Source of the DNA: Verrucomicrobiota bacterium
GTDB taxonomy: Bacteria > Verrucomicrobiota > Verrucomicrobiia > Opitutales > Opitutaceae
Length of the DNA stretch: 40,610 nt
Reading direction: 5' to 3'
Assembly: GCA_041179405.1 (NCBI GenBank)
Contig: JBEGTN010000152.1
Span: 1-40,610 of the forward strand
This document shows, piece after piece, positions 1 to 8,755 of the stretch; positions within the stretch are counted from its first letter, which is position 1, and every line of letters begins with the position of its first letter. The notes under the pieces are model-generated. The model was given only the letters and a program-made list of their open reading frames with translations. It did not search any database and was not told the DNA's origin. The translations under genes and the position numbers were made by a program.

Positions 1-2
1 TG

Positions 3-149
3 AGCGAAGCGGAAACCTTCATCGCCAAGTTTAGGTGCCGGTTTGAAGCCAGCGGATACCTCACTTCCAATTGTGAACGTATCCCTGCGTCCGAGATCCG
101 CTTGGAAATCGTGCCCACCCAGACGAAGCGCAGCGCAAAAGTATCCTAG
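3..149 (+). CDS. 3' end of a hypothetical protein (partial, enters from the left edge)
   Basis: Frame 3 is open from the window edge to TAG at 147-149 (SEAETFIAKFRCRFEASGYLTSNCERIPASEIRLEIVPTQTKRSAKVS*). It is co-oriented with the downstream cluster. No family recognised. Confidence 0.4.
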   Translation, partial: SEAETFIAKFRCRFEASGYLTSNCERIPASEIRLEIVPTQTKRSAKVS

Positions 150-287
150 CTTTCAGCGCTGGTTGGGCAGTAGGGCAGGGCAACTCGGGGCAATACATCC
201 TGAGTCGGGCAAAGTCCGCGCGAGCCTGACTCGGCGCGTTTTCAAAACTCATAGCTAAAGAAAAGTAAGCGTAACCAATAATCAACT

Positions 288-330
288 ACGACAAGGCCGG
301 TCCCCATTTGGGGAATCCGGCCTTTGTCGT
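288..330 (+). other. Strong stem-loop just upstream of the DUF932-type gene
   Basis: ACGACAAGGCCGG-TCCCC-ATTT-GGGGA-AT-CCGGCC-T-TTGTCGT: about 18 bp of pairing with two small bulges, ending 21 nt before ATG 352. Confidence 0.7.
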
Positions 331-351
331 TTCTACTCATTCAACCTAATC

Positions 352-1092
352 ATGAAACCTTGTAACCTTGTCCTTCATTGCGGTGCCGCCGCCGTCACCC
401 GCGACAACGTCAAAGCCGTTCGCACTCCGTTCTCCACGCCGACGTGGTCGCCCATTCCGCACCTCAACCTCATTGAGCAAGTCGAGCGTGCCTTGTCTGC
501 TGCTCATCTCACCATCGTCAACCAGGCCCACGCCCTCAGTCATGCGGGTGACCGCTATTTTGGTCTCATCCAAGTCGCCACTGCCCGTGCGGTCGGCGAC
601 TACGCGCTGGTGCTTGGGCTACGCAACAGCCACGACAAACGCTTCCCCGCCGGGCTTGTTGCCGGTGCGCAGGTGTTCGTCTGTGATAACCTCAGCTTCC
701 ACGGCGAAGTGGAGTTGTCGCGTAAACACACGCGCTTCATCGGCCGTGATCTGCCGCTGCTGACCGAGCGCGCCATCGGTCAGCTTCAAGAAAAGTGGCA
801 TGGCCAGGAGCAACGCATCGAACGCTACACCCAACACTCACTCGATGATCGCGACGCCCACGATCTCATGGTGCGAGCCGTCGATGTGGGAGTGTGTCCG
901 GTGACAGTGCTGCCCAAAGTCGTCCATGAATGGCGCGAGCCGTCGCACGACGTGTTCCGCCAGCGCACCGTCTGGTCGCTCTTCAACGGCTTCACCGAGG
1001 CCTTGAAGGGAAACCTTCCGATGCTCCCCGCCCGCACTCAGGCGCTGCACGGCCTGATGGACGGATACGTCGGCCTCGCGGGGAGAAACTGA
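352..1092 (+). CDS. DUF932/DUF945-like phage/plasmid-associated protein
   Basis: 246 aa with the motif LGLRNSHDKRFPAGLVAGAQVFVCDNL and C-terminal TVWSLFNGFTE, which resemble DUF932-family proteins of mobile elements. Confidence 0.75.
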   Translation: MKPCNLVLHCGAAAVTRDNVKAVRTPFSTPTWSPIPHLNLIEQVERALSAAHLTIVNQAHALSHAGDRYFGLIQVATARAVGDYALVLGLRNSHDKRFPAGLVAGAQVFVCDNLSFHGEVELSRKHTRFIGRDLPLLTERAIGQLQEKWHGQEQRIERYTQHSLDDRDAHDLMVRAVDVGVCPVTVLPKVVHEWREPSHDVFRQRTVWSLFNGFTEALKGNLPMLPARTQALHGLMDGYVGLAGRN

Positions 1093-1093
1093 C

Positions 1094-1357
1094 GTGAGCA
1101 CCGCACGGAAGTTTTACCCCTTCACGGGGATCTTCGCGGTGCACGGCGGACTGGCCTCGACCCACTTCCTCACGAAGGCGGATCGAGGTCGGTATCGCTA
1201 CGTCACACCAGCCGGTCGGCATATATCCAATTCATGGGTGGCGGATTGCTGGATCGTGGACCGTGAGGGCAATGTAAACCCTGGCACCAACCGTTCGCCG
1301 GTGCCGATTCGTCGCGAAGACCTCGGACGATGTATCGCGCCGGGAGGTGGGCGATGA
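1094..1357 (+). CDS. Small hypothetical protein (87 aa)
   Basis: GTG start 1 nt after the DUF932 stop. Its TGA overlaps the next ATG (ATGA at 1354-1357), consistent with an operon. Confidence 0.6.
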   Translation: MSTARKFYPFTGIFAVHGGLASTHFLTKADRGRYRYVTPAGRHISNSWVADCWIVDREGNVNPGTNRSPVPIRREDLGRCIAPGGGR

Positions 1358-1794
1358 AACCTAAAACCTATGTGGGCGTTCTGCTGATCCGATTCCGCGC
1401 CACCGTGAAATCGAAGGACGATCTTGCCGCCCTCGGACCAGCCATTGCGCCGCTGCTTCATCCAGAAATCACAGTGGAGGCATGGGACGTGGATCAGCTT
1501 GTGGAAATCCCTTCGGTGCCCGAAGGCAGCTTGGGCTTGCAATTGTGCTCGGTGGGAAACCCCGACTACGGCCAATACGCTCCTCCCTCGAACCCTGAGT
1601 TTAAAATCGTGACGGATTTAAGCACCGCCCGAAACGCCTGTGCGTCCTACATTGAGGAATGGGATTTGGGCGGAGGCAATTGGGGAAAGGAAAGTGGCGT
1701 CGTCCGAGACAGCTCAGGCACCATCGTCGCTCGCTTCAGCTATAATCTGCGTTGCTGGTCGCCCGATGGTGTCCGGGAGCTGTGGGTTCGCTGA
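1354..1794 (+). CDS. Hypothetical mobile-element protein (146 aa)
   Basis: Start moved to ATG 1354 because of the ATGA overlap and a GGGAGG at 1342-1347. The C-terminal half has a compact motif-rich domain (GNPDYGQ...YIEEWDLGGGNW...VARFSYN). Confidence 0.7.
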   Translation: MKPKTYVGVLLIRFRATVKSKDDLAALGPAIAPLLHPEITVEAWDVDQLVEIPSVPEGSLGLQLCSVGNPDYGQYAPPSNPEFKIVTDLSTARNACASYIEEWDLGGGNWGKESGVVRDSSGTIVARFSYNLRCWSPDGVRELWVR

Positions 1795-1812
1795 GGCGGC
1801 ACAATCAAAGCG

Positions 1813-1840
1813 AAGCGCACCGGTAACGGGCGCTTTTTTT
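1813..1840 (+). terminator. Probable intrinsic terminator of the DUF932 operon
   Basis: AAGCGCACCG-GTAA-CGGGCGCTT, running into a T7 tract, 18 nt after the stop at 1794. Confidence 0.7.
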
Positions 1841-2012
1841 AGCTATCAACTTAATACCCACTGCTACCTGTCACTCCTCATGGTCCATTTACGGCGAGGT
1901 GTAATGGGTAAGTGAGATTCCATGTAATTTAAATTTCATGGAGCTACACGAATCGGTTGGTGTTCTTCGGAGTCGGAGATTTTTGTATATAGCACAGGGT
2001 AGGTTGCTCAAA

Positions 2013-3659
2013 TCAGGGTTCGGTGTGCGCGCGTAGATACAGGCTACGCTCGACTCGCTCGGCGGTCATGACCTGCGGTGGAACGGACCGGCCGAATTGC
2101 CAGGCGACAACGGTGATTTTTAGCGGAAACTTGGCGCGTGGCGGTATGGCAGTGAATCGGAGTTTTTCGCCCTCGATTTCGGCCGGACCTTCGAGCACGT
2201 AGTAGGAAACTGGTAGGCCGGCGTCGGACGTCGCATGCAGGGTGACGGACGCGGCACCGACCGGTAGATCGGAAAGAGCTGGAAACGTGATTTGCTGTGG
2301 ATTGCCTTGTTTGTTGGGGGCGACGCGAACGAGCACCTGTTGCACCATGCTCTTATAGTGTTCGTCGCCGGGGTGGCTGGCGAGGAGCCACATATCGAGG
2401 TTACGGCGGTCGGCAGTGTATTCGGCGCGTCCGGGATGATAGGCGAACGTGGCCGGGCCGGTCTGGATGAATGGGCCGACGATGCGCGAGAACAGGATGG
2501 GACCGCCGCCGGTGGCATGACCGAGGGGCGTGCCGGCGGGTAGAGCGGACCAGCGGGCAGGATTACTGTTGGTTTTGCTATCACCGGGGACGTGATCCAT
2601 GAAGGAACTCTGGAGTTTAAAGGTGATGCCATCCTCGGCGGGTAGGAAACGCGGTGTGACAGGTTCGCCGCAGCCGGTGTCGGGCGGGCTTTGGAGATCG
2701 GTGACACTCAGGAGTTGGGGTGATTTTCCACGCACGGTGGCATAGTTCGTCTCGGCGAGCGCGGCCATTTCCGCATCAAAAGTCCAGAAGGCCTCGCGAG
2801 GGTCACCGGTGTAGTCGGCATAGGGAGCGGCGGGAGCGGTGGGCGGATGGTCTTTATGCCAACGGTCCATGCGCCAACCGTCCTTGGGATCGACCGGGCG
2901 CAGCGTGACAGGAGTGTCAGGCGGAGCGAATTCGGCGGGGAGGCGGGCGATGGCGGCTTTCCGAATGAAGAGCGCGAGGTAAGCCACTAAATCGTCGGAG
3001 TAGTCGAAGTGGCCGCAGCCGGCGTCGGCGCGAAATGCGATGGGGGCGGCGGGATTTTTTTCCATGAAGCGGAACGCGGGGGCCAGACGGTCTTCCCACC
3101 ATTCATATTCGCCCATTACCATGAGGCCGGGCACGCCATCGATACGGCGGCCACCCCAATCAGCGTTGGCGCGACCATATCCGGTGAGGGTTGTTTGCGG
3201 GGCATCCCCGTGGACGGATAGGACAGCGAGAGTGCGGGCGGGGTTCCAGGCGGCGAAATTCCACGGGAAGGTGGCGCAGGCCGAGTGGCCAAGTGGAACG
3301 ACAGGAGCGCGGTTCAATTCCGTGTAACCGGAGAGCTCTGCGAGGTCGGCTATGATGCGTTCGAAATGCTCGCCCGCACCTTTGTTGAAGTCGAAGGGGC
3401 CGTCCAGCATGGGCACCACCCAGATCTCGGCGAACCCGAGTTGCGTGAGCGTGTGTCGCATGGTTGGATGCTCGAGAATGCCTTGTTCGATCATGTTGTG
3501 GTTGGCGACAACGACGCCGCGCACGTGCGAGCAATCCGGGGGAATCCAAAGGTAAGCGCGGGCGGCCCCATCGGGGACGGACCACTGCCACTCTGCAGCG
3601 AAGCAACGGAGGGTTGTGAGGATGAGCATGGTAAGCGGGACGATAAGAGGGCGTTTCAT
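2013..3659 (-). CDS. Secreted hypothetical protein, possible alpha/beta-hydrolase (esterase) with C-terminal Ig-like domain
   Basis: 548 aa with a signal peptide ([21 protein letters not shown]). VVPLGHSAC resembles a nucleophile elbow and GCGHFD is a candidate catalytic His. ATGA overlap with the upstream GH95. Confidence 0.6.
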   Translation of the reverse strand: MKRPLIVPLTMLILTTLRCFAAEWQWSVPDGAARAYLWIPPDCSHVRGVVVANHNMIEQGILEHPTMRHTLTQLGFAEIWVVPMLDGPFDFNKGAGEHFERIIADLAELSGYTELNRAPVVPLGHSACATFPWNFAAWNPARTLAVLSVHGDAPQTTLTGYGRANADWGGRRIDGVPGLMVMGEYEWWEDRLAPAFRFMEKNPAAPIAFRADAGCGHFDYSDDLVAYLALFIRKAAIARLPAEFAPPDTPVTLRPVDPKDGWRMDRWHKDHPPTAPAAPYADYTGDPREAFWTFDAEMAALAETNYATVRGKSPQLLSVTDLQSPPDTGCGEPVTPRFLPAEDGITFKLQSSFMDHVPGDSKTNSNPARWSALPAGTPLGHATGGGPILFSRIVGPFIQTGPATFAYHPGRAEYTADRRNLDMWLLASHPGDEHYKSMVQQVLVRVAPNKQGNPQQITFPALSDLPVGAASVTLHATSDAGLPVSYYVLEGPAEIEGEKLRFTAIPPRAKFPLKITVVAWQFGRSVPPQVMTAERVERSLYLRAHTEP

Positions 3660-5977
3660 GGCTCAGGGGATGTTGAAAGGGTGGCGTCGATCCGTTGGGT
3701 GGCTCCGGTAGCCAGGCAGAGTTCGACGAGTTTGTCGCCGTATCGGACTTTGCAGGGTTGGCCTGCGAGGGAGCGGATGATGACGGAAGTGAGACGGCTT
3801 TTTGCCCAGGCGAGATCTATTTCGAAGCCGCCGCGTGCGCGCAGACCGGTGACCGACCCGGCAGGCCAGACGGAGGGTAGCGCGGGCAAGAGGACGATTT
3901 CGCCGGAGTGAGATTGCACGAGCATTTCAGCGATACCGGCGGTGGCGCCGAGGTTGCCGTCGATCTGAAAAGGTGGGTGGGCGTCAAGAAGATTTGGATA
4001 CACTCCGCCTGCGTTCACCATTTTAATGCTGGTGGCGGTGGTGGGTGTAAGCAGCGCGCGGAGGAGAGCATACGCGTGATCGCCGTCGCCGAAGCGCGCC
4101 CAGAAGTTGATTTTCCACGCCTTGCTCCAGCCGGTGCCGCTATCGCCGCGTGCGAGAAGAGACACTTTGGCCGCCTCGAAAAGCTTGGGTGTGCCGGTGG
4201 CGGTGATTTGGCGACCGGGCTGGAGCGCGAAGAGATGGGAGACGTGACGGTGTTGCTCGCTGGCGTCGTCTCGATCGGTTTCCCATTCTTGAAGCTGCTT
4301 CCATTTGCCGATTTTCGGAGTGAGTAAATGGTCGCGCAAATCGGAGATATGCGCACGGAAATCGCGATCCAGGTCGAGCGTCGCGCCGGCTTCGAGGTAG
4401 TTGGTAAAAAGATCATGCACGATCTGAATGTCGTAAGAGACGGCTTCTTCCTCGGGACCGTGTTCTGGTGACCAGCCGACTGGCGTGACGAGGGTGCCGT
4501 CTGCACGGCGCACTAGGCGGTCGTCCCAGAATTGACATACCTCTTTTAACACGGGGTAGGCGACGTTACGCAAGTAGCCGAGATCGCGGCCGAAGGCAAA
4601 GTGCTCCCAGAAATGCCGGGCATACCAAGCGCTGCCGGGTAGATTCCACTTGAAGCTGCCACCGCCGAAGACGCCGTTTTCAGTGCGAACAGTCCAGCCT
4701 CGGACATCGCGGCCATACTGCTCGCGGGTGCGTTCGCGATAGACTGGTATCTGGCTTGAAACGTAATCGAGAAACGGGCGATGGCACTCGGCGAGATTGG
4801 TCGGCTCGGCTGGCCAGTAGTTCATCTCGATATTGATGTTGGAGTGGTAGTCGCTGCGCCAAGGCGGGTTGTTTGAATCGTTCCAGAGGCCCTGCAGATT
4901 GGCGGGCAGCCCGCCTGGGCGGGAGCTGCTGATGAGCAGGTAGCGGCCGTAGTTGAAGAAAAGTTCTTCTAAGTCGGGATCGACGGTTTTTTCCGCGTGG
5001 TATGCGCGCAGTCGTTCGTCGGTGGTGTGAGCCGCGAGGGACGGTTTGGTTGTGCCCAGATCGAGGTGGAAACGATGGAAAAGAGTTTGGTAGTCGGTTA
5101 CATGCGCCGCCAATAGAGCCTGAAAATCGGTGGTAGTTGCCGCGTCGATACACCGAGTCACCGCATCGTGTGGATGAACGTCGCGCCAGGCACGTGTTCG
5201 GTCGGGCGCGTAGTTTGTGCCGGCGGCAAGGATGATGGTGATGCTCGTGCATTTTTCAAAAACGAGATGCACGGATGGAAGCTTTCGGCCGCCCGCATCG
5301 GGCACGGTGGTCAATGGAGTGTCGATGGAGGCGAGGGGCCGGGACTCGACCCGCACGGTGCCGCCTTCGTGACCGAGGAAAATTTGTGTCTCGTAGGAAA
5401 GACCATCGGCTCCGAGTCGGCCGCTTGCGGTTAGGCGGGGGCTATCACCAGTGATCTCAGCACCGTGGCTATCGTCTAGCCAGAGTCGTCCCGAGTAGGC
5501 CCCGGGCTTGTCGGCGACGAAGCGGTAAACGATGACCCCGGCCGGATGACTGGCGAAAGCAGATCGCTCGTAGTGGACGCCGCCCGAGCGGTAGGACGTC
5601 GTGAGAACGGCTCGATCAAGATCAAGTTCACGACGATAGTCTGTCGGATTTTTGTGGTCGAGTTGCACAAAAATGTCACCGAAGGCCTGATATCGACCGG
5701 TCTCATTTTCATGACCGGTCCATAGCGTGTTGTGATTGAATTGAAGCCGTTCGGTGCCTGTGAGTCCGAAAACCATGCCGCCAAGCGAACCTCCGCCAAT
5801 CGGTAGTGCCTCGGTCATCCAAGACTGAGCGGGCTTGTCATATTTCAGCACGGTGCTCGCGGGATCATTGAGGGCTGCGTTCAAAGCAAACTGAGGCAGG
5901 AGGAATGCGGTGAAGCAGACCGAAAATGATATTTTCCGTGCAACCCTGTAGCTGATCCCGAAATATCTATGAAGCAT
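3656..5977 (-). CDS. GH95 alpha-L-fucosidase family glycoside hydrolase
   Basis: Motifs [56 protein letters not shown] and HPPFQIDGN, plus an N-terminal signal peptide. Confidence 0.93.
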   Translation of the reverse strand: MLHRYFGISYRVARKISFSVCFTAFLLPQFALNAALNDPASTVLKYDKPAQSWMTEALPIGGGSLGGMVFGLTGTERLQFNHNTLWTGHENETGRYQAFGDIFVQLDHKNPTDYRRELDLDRAVLTTSYRSGGVHYERSAFASHPAGVIVYRFVADKPGAYSGRLWLDDSHGAEITGDSPRLTASGRLGADGLSYETQIFLGHEGGTVRVESRPLASIDTPLTTVPDAGGRKLPSVHLVFEKCTSITIILAAGTNYAPDRTRAWRDVHPHDAVTRCIDAATTTDFQALLAAHVTDYQTLFHRFHLDLGTTKPSLAAHTTDERLRAYHAEKTVDPDLEELFFNYGRYLLISSSRPGGLPANLQGLWNDSNNPPWRSDYHSNINIEMNYWPAEPTNLAECHRPFLDYVSSQIPVYRERTREQYGRDVRGWTVRTENGVFGGGSFKWNLPGSAWYARHFWEHFAFGRDLGYLRNVAYPVLKEVCQFWDDRLVRRADGTLVTPVGWSPEHGPEEEAVSYDIQIVHDLFTNYLEAGATLDLDRDFRAHISDLRDHLLTPKIGKWKQLQEWETDRDDASEQHRHVSHLFALQPGRQITATGTPKLFEAAKVSLLARGDSGTGWSKAWKINFWARFGDGDHAYALLRALLTPTTATSIKMVNAGGVYPNLLDAHPPFQIDGNLGATAGIAEMLVQSHSGEIVLLPALPSVWPAGSVTGLRARGGFEIDLAWAKSRLTSVIIRSLAGQPCKVRYGDKLVELCLATGATQRIDATLSTSPEP

Positions 5978-6086
5978 GGTCGGTGTTTTGAGAGGCGGAA
6001 AGAGGCGAACGACACTGTGGCACTATTGAAATCAGAGAGGTGGTGTGTTGTATTAAAGCGGTTTGGCCTGGCCAAGGCATGGACAT

Positions 6087-6100
6087 GTTACCATGTTAGC
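6087..6100 (-). promoter_or_regulatory. Operator-like 14-mer facing the GH95 gene
   Basis: Minus strand reads GCTAACATGGTAAC, identical to the copy at 40171-40184. Confidence 0.75.
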
Positions 6101-6178
6101 TGTGAGTGAGGTTACCAATTAGTTTATAAGCACTAATGGGCACTCACAGTATCGGGGTTAGCGATTGAATGGAGTTTT

Positions 6179-6192
6179 GCTAACAGGTTAAC
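6179..6192 (+). promoter_or_regulatory. Operator-like 14-mer facing the prepilin-like gene
   Basis: GCTAACAGGTTAAC, with TTGCAC 12 nt downstream. Confidence 0.75.
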
Positions 6193-6258
6193 AAGCGCTG
6201 GTGTTTGCACCTTAAAGAACTTGAGGGTCTATTCAGCACAGATTTAACCCCACGCCCT

Positions 6259-7023
6259 ATGTTTTCATCTAGTAATTCCCCGTTTTCCGTTTATCGCCGC
6301 CGTGCTGGAAGCGCATTTACCCTTATCGAGCTTCTTACCGTAATAGCGATCATTGGCATTTTGGCCGCGATTATCATACCGACCGTAGGGCGGGTTCGTG
6401 CAAAGGCAGCATCTACTAAATCGGCGAGCAATCTACGTCAGTTGGGCATCGCATTAAATTTATGTATTGCCGAAACTAAACGTGTCACAGGAGCGTCAAA
6501 TTTTGATCAAACACTTTGCATTTATCTTGGTTATAGCAAAGGATCAAATGGCCAGTATGCAATGGCTGCTGAAAACTTTTTCACTCACCCGCGCGAGGAG
6601 TCCACTCCTAAAATAGCCGATGCACCGAGACGTTCATATGCTCAGCAGAATGAATACTCGCCGGATGGCGGTCATATTCCAAATGCTAAGGAGGCTATTG
6701 AAGAAAGCCGCACGTTAGGGAAAGTAGCGACTTTGATCAATAATCCGAGTCAGGTTATGATTTACACGGAACGAGCTGGCCCAGGAAATCCTGGTGGGTG
6801 TGTTGGTATGACAACCTACACTGGCATGTGGTGTGGGAATCAAGATCCTGCGGATGTTAATCCTGATTTTGGTGATAAGAGTATTAATGGCACGTCGGGA
6901 CTATTTAATTACTGTTTTGTCGATGGGCATGTTGAAACTAGATATTTCAACGACGTGAAGATGCTAGGGCGGGGATCTAAGGCCGCTCCTCGTGGGGTGT
7001 GGACGATAACGGAGGGTGATTGA
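6259..7023 (+). CDS. Prepilin-type N-terminal cleavage/methylation domain protein with H-X9-DG-CTERM-like C-terminus
   Basis: RRRAGSA|FTLIELLTVIAIIGILAAIIIPTVGRVR is a class III signal peptide; SNLRQLG follows and the C-terminus has NYCFVDGHV. ATG 6259 is preferred over TTG 6205, which coincides with the promoter-like hexamer. Confidence 0.88.
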   Translation: MFSSSNSPFSVYRRRAGSAFTLIELLTVIAIIGILAAIIIPTVGRVRAKAASTKSASNLRQLGIALNLCIAETKRVTGASNFDQTLCIYLGYSKGSNGQYAMAAENFFTHPREESTPKIADAPRRSYAQQNEYSPDGGHIPNAKEAIEESRTLGKVATLINNPSQVMIYTERAGPGNPGGCVGMTTYTGMWCGNQDPADVNPDFGDKSINGTSGLFNYCFVDGHVETRYFNDVKMLGRGSKAAPRGVWTITEGD

Positions 7024-7076
7024 TTCGGCTGGCTATGCTTAACGATGGCGCGTTTAGGGCATATCTGTGCAGGAGA

Positions 7077-7120
7077 TATGCTTTTGCCCTCAAAAGCATA
7101 CTGGAAGTCCTTTTGGACTT
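7077..7120. terminator. Tandem hairpins between the prepilin-like gene and lacI (possible terminator or attenuator)
   Basis: Perfect TATGCTTTTG-CCCT-CAAAAGCATA (7077-7100) and AAGTCC-TTTT-GGACTT (7105-7120). Confidence 0.45.
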
Positions 7121-7122
7121 GA

Positions 7123-7136
7123 GTTAACCATTTAAC
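7123..7136. promoter_or_regulatory. Degenerate operator copy just before lacI (possible autoregulation)
   Basis: GTTAACCATTTAAC, 16 nt before ATG 7153. It keeps the GTTAA/TTAAC arms but has no downstream TKG. Confidence 0.5.
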
Positions 7137-7152
7137 TAAAGGTTATAGAGAA

Positions 7153-8238
7153 ATGCCCCAGCCTCCCCGAGATGAGTCGTCTTCGGTGCCGATGGCTCAG
7201 AATGATAGTAAACGTGTCACGCTGCGTGACATAGCAGAAAAGCTTGGGGTTTCACATGTTACCGTTTCGTATGCATTGCGTGGAATTCCCCGCGTTTCGG
7301 CTGAGCTAAAAGAACGAATTTGCGAGGAAGCGCGGAAGCTTGGGTATCGACCGGATCCGATGCTGCATGCGCTCAGCACGTATCGCCAAATCAACAAACC
7401 GACAAATATTCAGGCTGCTTTGGCGTGGCTATGTTGCTGGGACCCGCCAGAGGAGTTGCATACGCGTAAAGAATTTCACGCCTATTGGCTCGGGGTAAAA
7501 GATGTGGCAGAAAAGCACGGATATAGATTAGAGCAATTGGTGCCCAATCAAAAGCTGTCTTTAAGTCGTATCCAACAAATAATGCAGGCGCGAAATATCC
7601 GTGGGGTGTTGATTCCTCCACCGCAAAGTAGTTTTAAGCAGGATTTGGCTCAGTTGGATTGGAGTAAATATGCGGTGGTAAAATTTGGGCACTCGCATGC
7701 ACGCTTAAGGATTAATTTGGTAACTAGCGCGCATGTTTATAATACAATGCTCGCTATGCAAAAGATGACCGAACTTGGCTATCGCAGGATTGGTTTCGTG
7801 AGCAGCGATTATTTAAAACGTCATACCTTGTTTCTGGGTGGTGTATTACGCGGGCAAGATGATCTGCCGCCAGCTGATCGGGTGCCTTACTTGAGCTTAC
7901 CCGAACAAGATGTGGTGAATGGCGACGCATCGCGTCTTGCCTCATGGATTAATAAGGTTAGGCCGGACGCGATACTGACTAACTTACGGGAGATTCCGGC
8001 GATGATCCGGGGACTTGGCTTCCGCATCCCCACGGATATTGGGGTGGCGGCGCTTAGTGTTCATGACGGAAATGCGGATGCTGGCATTGATCAAAATCCG
8101 TTCGAAATTGGAAAGGCAGCTTGCGAGTCAGTTATTTCCTTGATCGTGCATGGAAGTTTTGGCGCACCGACGGTCCCGCGTGAATTATTGATCGAGGGAA
8201 CTTGGGTAAACGGGAGCACGCTCCCCCCTAAATCTTAG
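7153..8238 (+). CDS. LacI-family transcriptional regulator (Opitutae-like)
   Basis: HTH VTLRDIAEKLGVSHVTVSYALRG...ARKLGYRPDPMLHAL, then a sugar-binding-like domain (LGYRRIGFV, PDAIL, GFRIPTDIGVA). The true start may be ATG 7192. Confidence 0.92.
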   Translation: MPQPPRDESSSVPMAQNDSKRVTLRDIAEKLGVSHVTVSYALRGIPRVSAELKERICEEARKLGYRPDPMLHALSTYRQINKPTNIQAALAWLCCWDPPEELHTRKEFHAYWLGVKDVAEKHGYRLEQLVPNQKLSLSRIQQIMQARNIRGVLIPPPQSSFKQDLAQLDWSKYAVVKFGHSHARLRINLVTSAHVYNTMLAMQKMTELGYRRIGFVSSDYLKRHTLFLGGVLRGQDDLPPADRVPYLSLPEQDVVNGDASRLASWINKVRPDAILTNLREIPAMIRGLGFRIPTDIGVAALSVHDGNADAGIDQNPFEIGKAACESVISLIVHGSFGAPTVPRELLIEGTWVNGSTLPPKS

Positions 8239-8466
8239 GAGCAATTTGAATAGTTAATTTTTCACGAATACAAGGTATGAGACCTTGGTTTTCAGCGTAG
8301 AATATTTTAAGGCTCAGAAATCCTGACTCCGATGAATCAGGATCGGGAGCTTCCAGCTCCCCCTCCGAAACCACGGGAGCAGGATGCTCCCCCAAGTCAC
8401 CGAGAGCCCGGCTCATCTCAGTTCCTCGCTCGCCTCCACTTGTCCTCGTGGGGTCAGGATGTCTGA

Positions 8467-8669
8467 GGCTCGGCGGTTTCCTGTTGGGCAAGCAAGTTGC
8501 AGGAAGCGGCTGAGGAAGAAGAGTTGGGTGTGAGGTCGAGTTTGCCGCAAAAGAAGAGGATGCGGGTGCGATAGATTATGAGGCTGCGAAAGCCGCGAGC
8601 GACGGGATTTGATGGCTTGGATGCGGTAGTTGACGCCTTCACCGATGGCGTTAGTAATGGAGTTATCAT
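8467..8669 (-). pseudogene. Frameshifted C-terminal remnant of an ISL3-family transposase
   Basis: Minus strand encodes SITNAIGEGVNYRIQAIKS, then after a +1 shift near 8604-8606 VARGFRSLIIYRTRILFFCGKLDL. This matches the ISL3 C-terminal TNAxxEGxN..I..IK..ARGFR motif. GGCTCGGCGGTTTCC at 8467 may be a degenerate terminal IR. Confidence 0.8.
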
Positions 8670-8741
8670 AGCAATTCCGTGTCAGCTGGGCTTCTCAACG
8701 GCGGATTGAGGTTAAGAGATTTAGTTATTTTCCTAACTTCT

Positions 8742-8755
8742 GCTAACAGGGTAGG
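8742..8755 (+). promoter_or_regulatory. Operator-like 14-mer upstream of the large exoprotein
   Basis: GCTAACAGGGTAGG, with TGGCAA 12 nt downstream. Confidence 0.65.

Noticed and set aside
150-287. Possible known riboswitch (for example c-di-GMP-I, because of GGGCAAA) or tRNA
   Set aside because: The remaining consensus elements and a cloverleaf were not found by eye. Kept only as an unexplained structured leader.
1988-2003. Partial operator-like ACAGGGTAGG
   Set aside because: It lacks the GYTAAC arm and lies between convergent gene ends.
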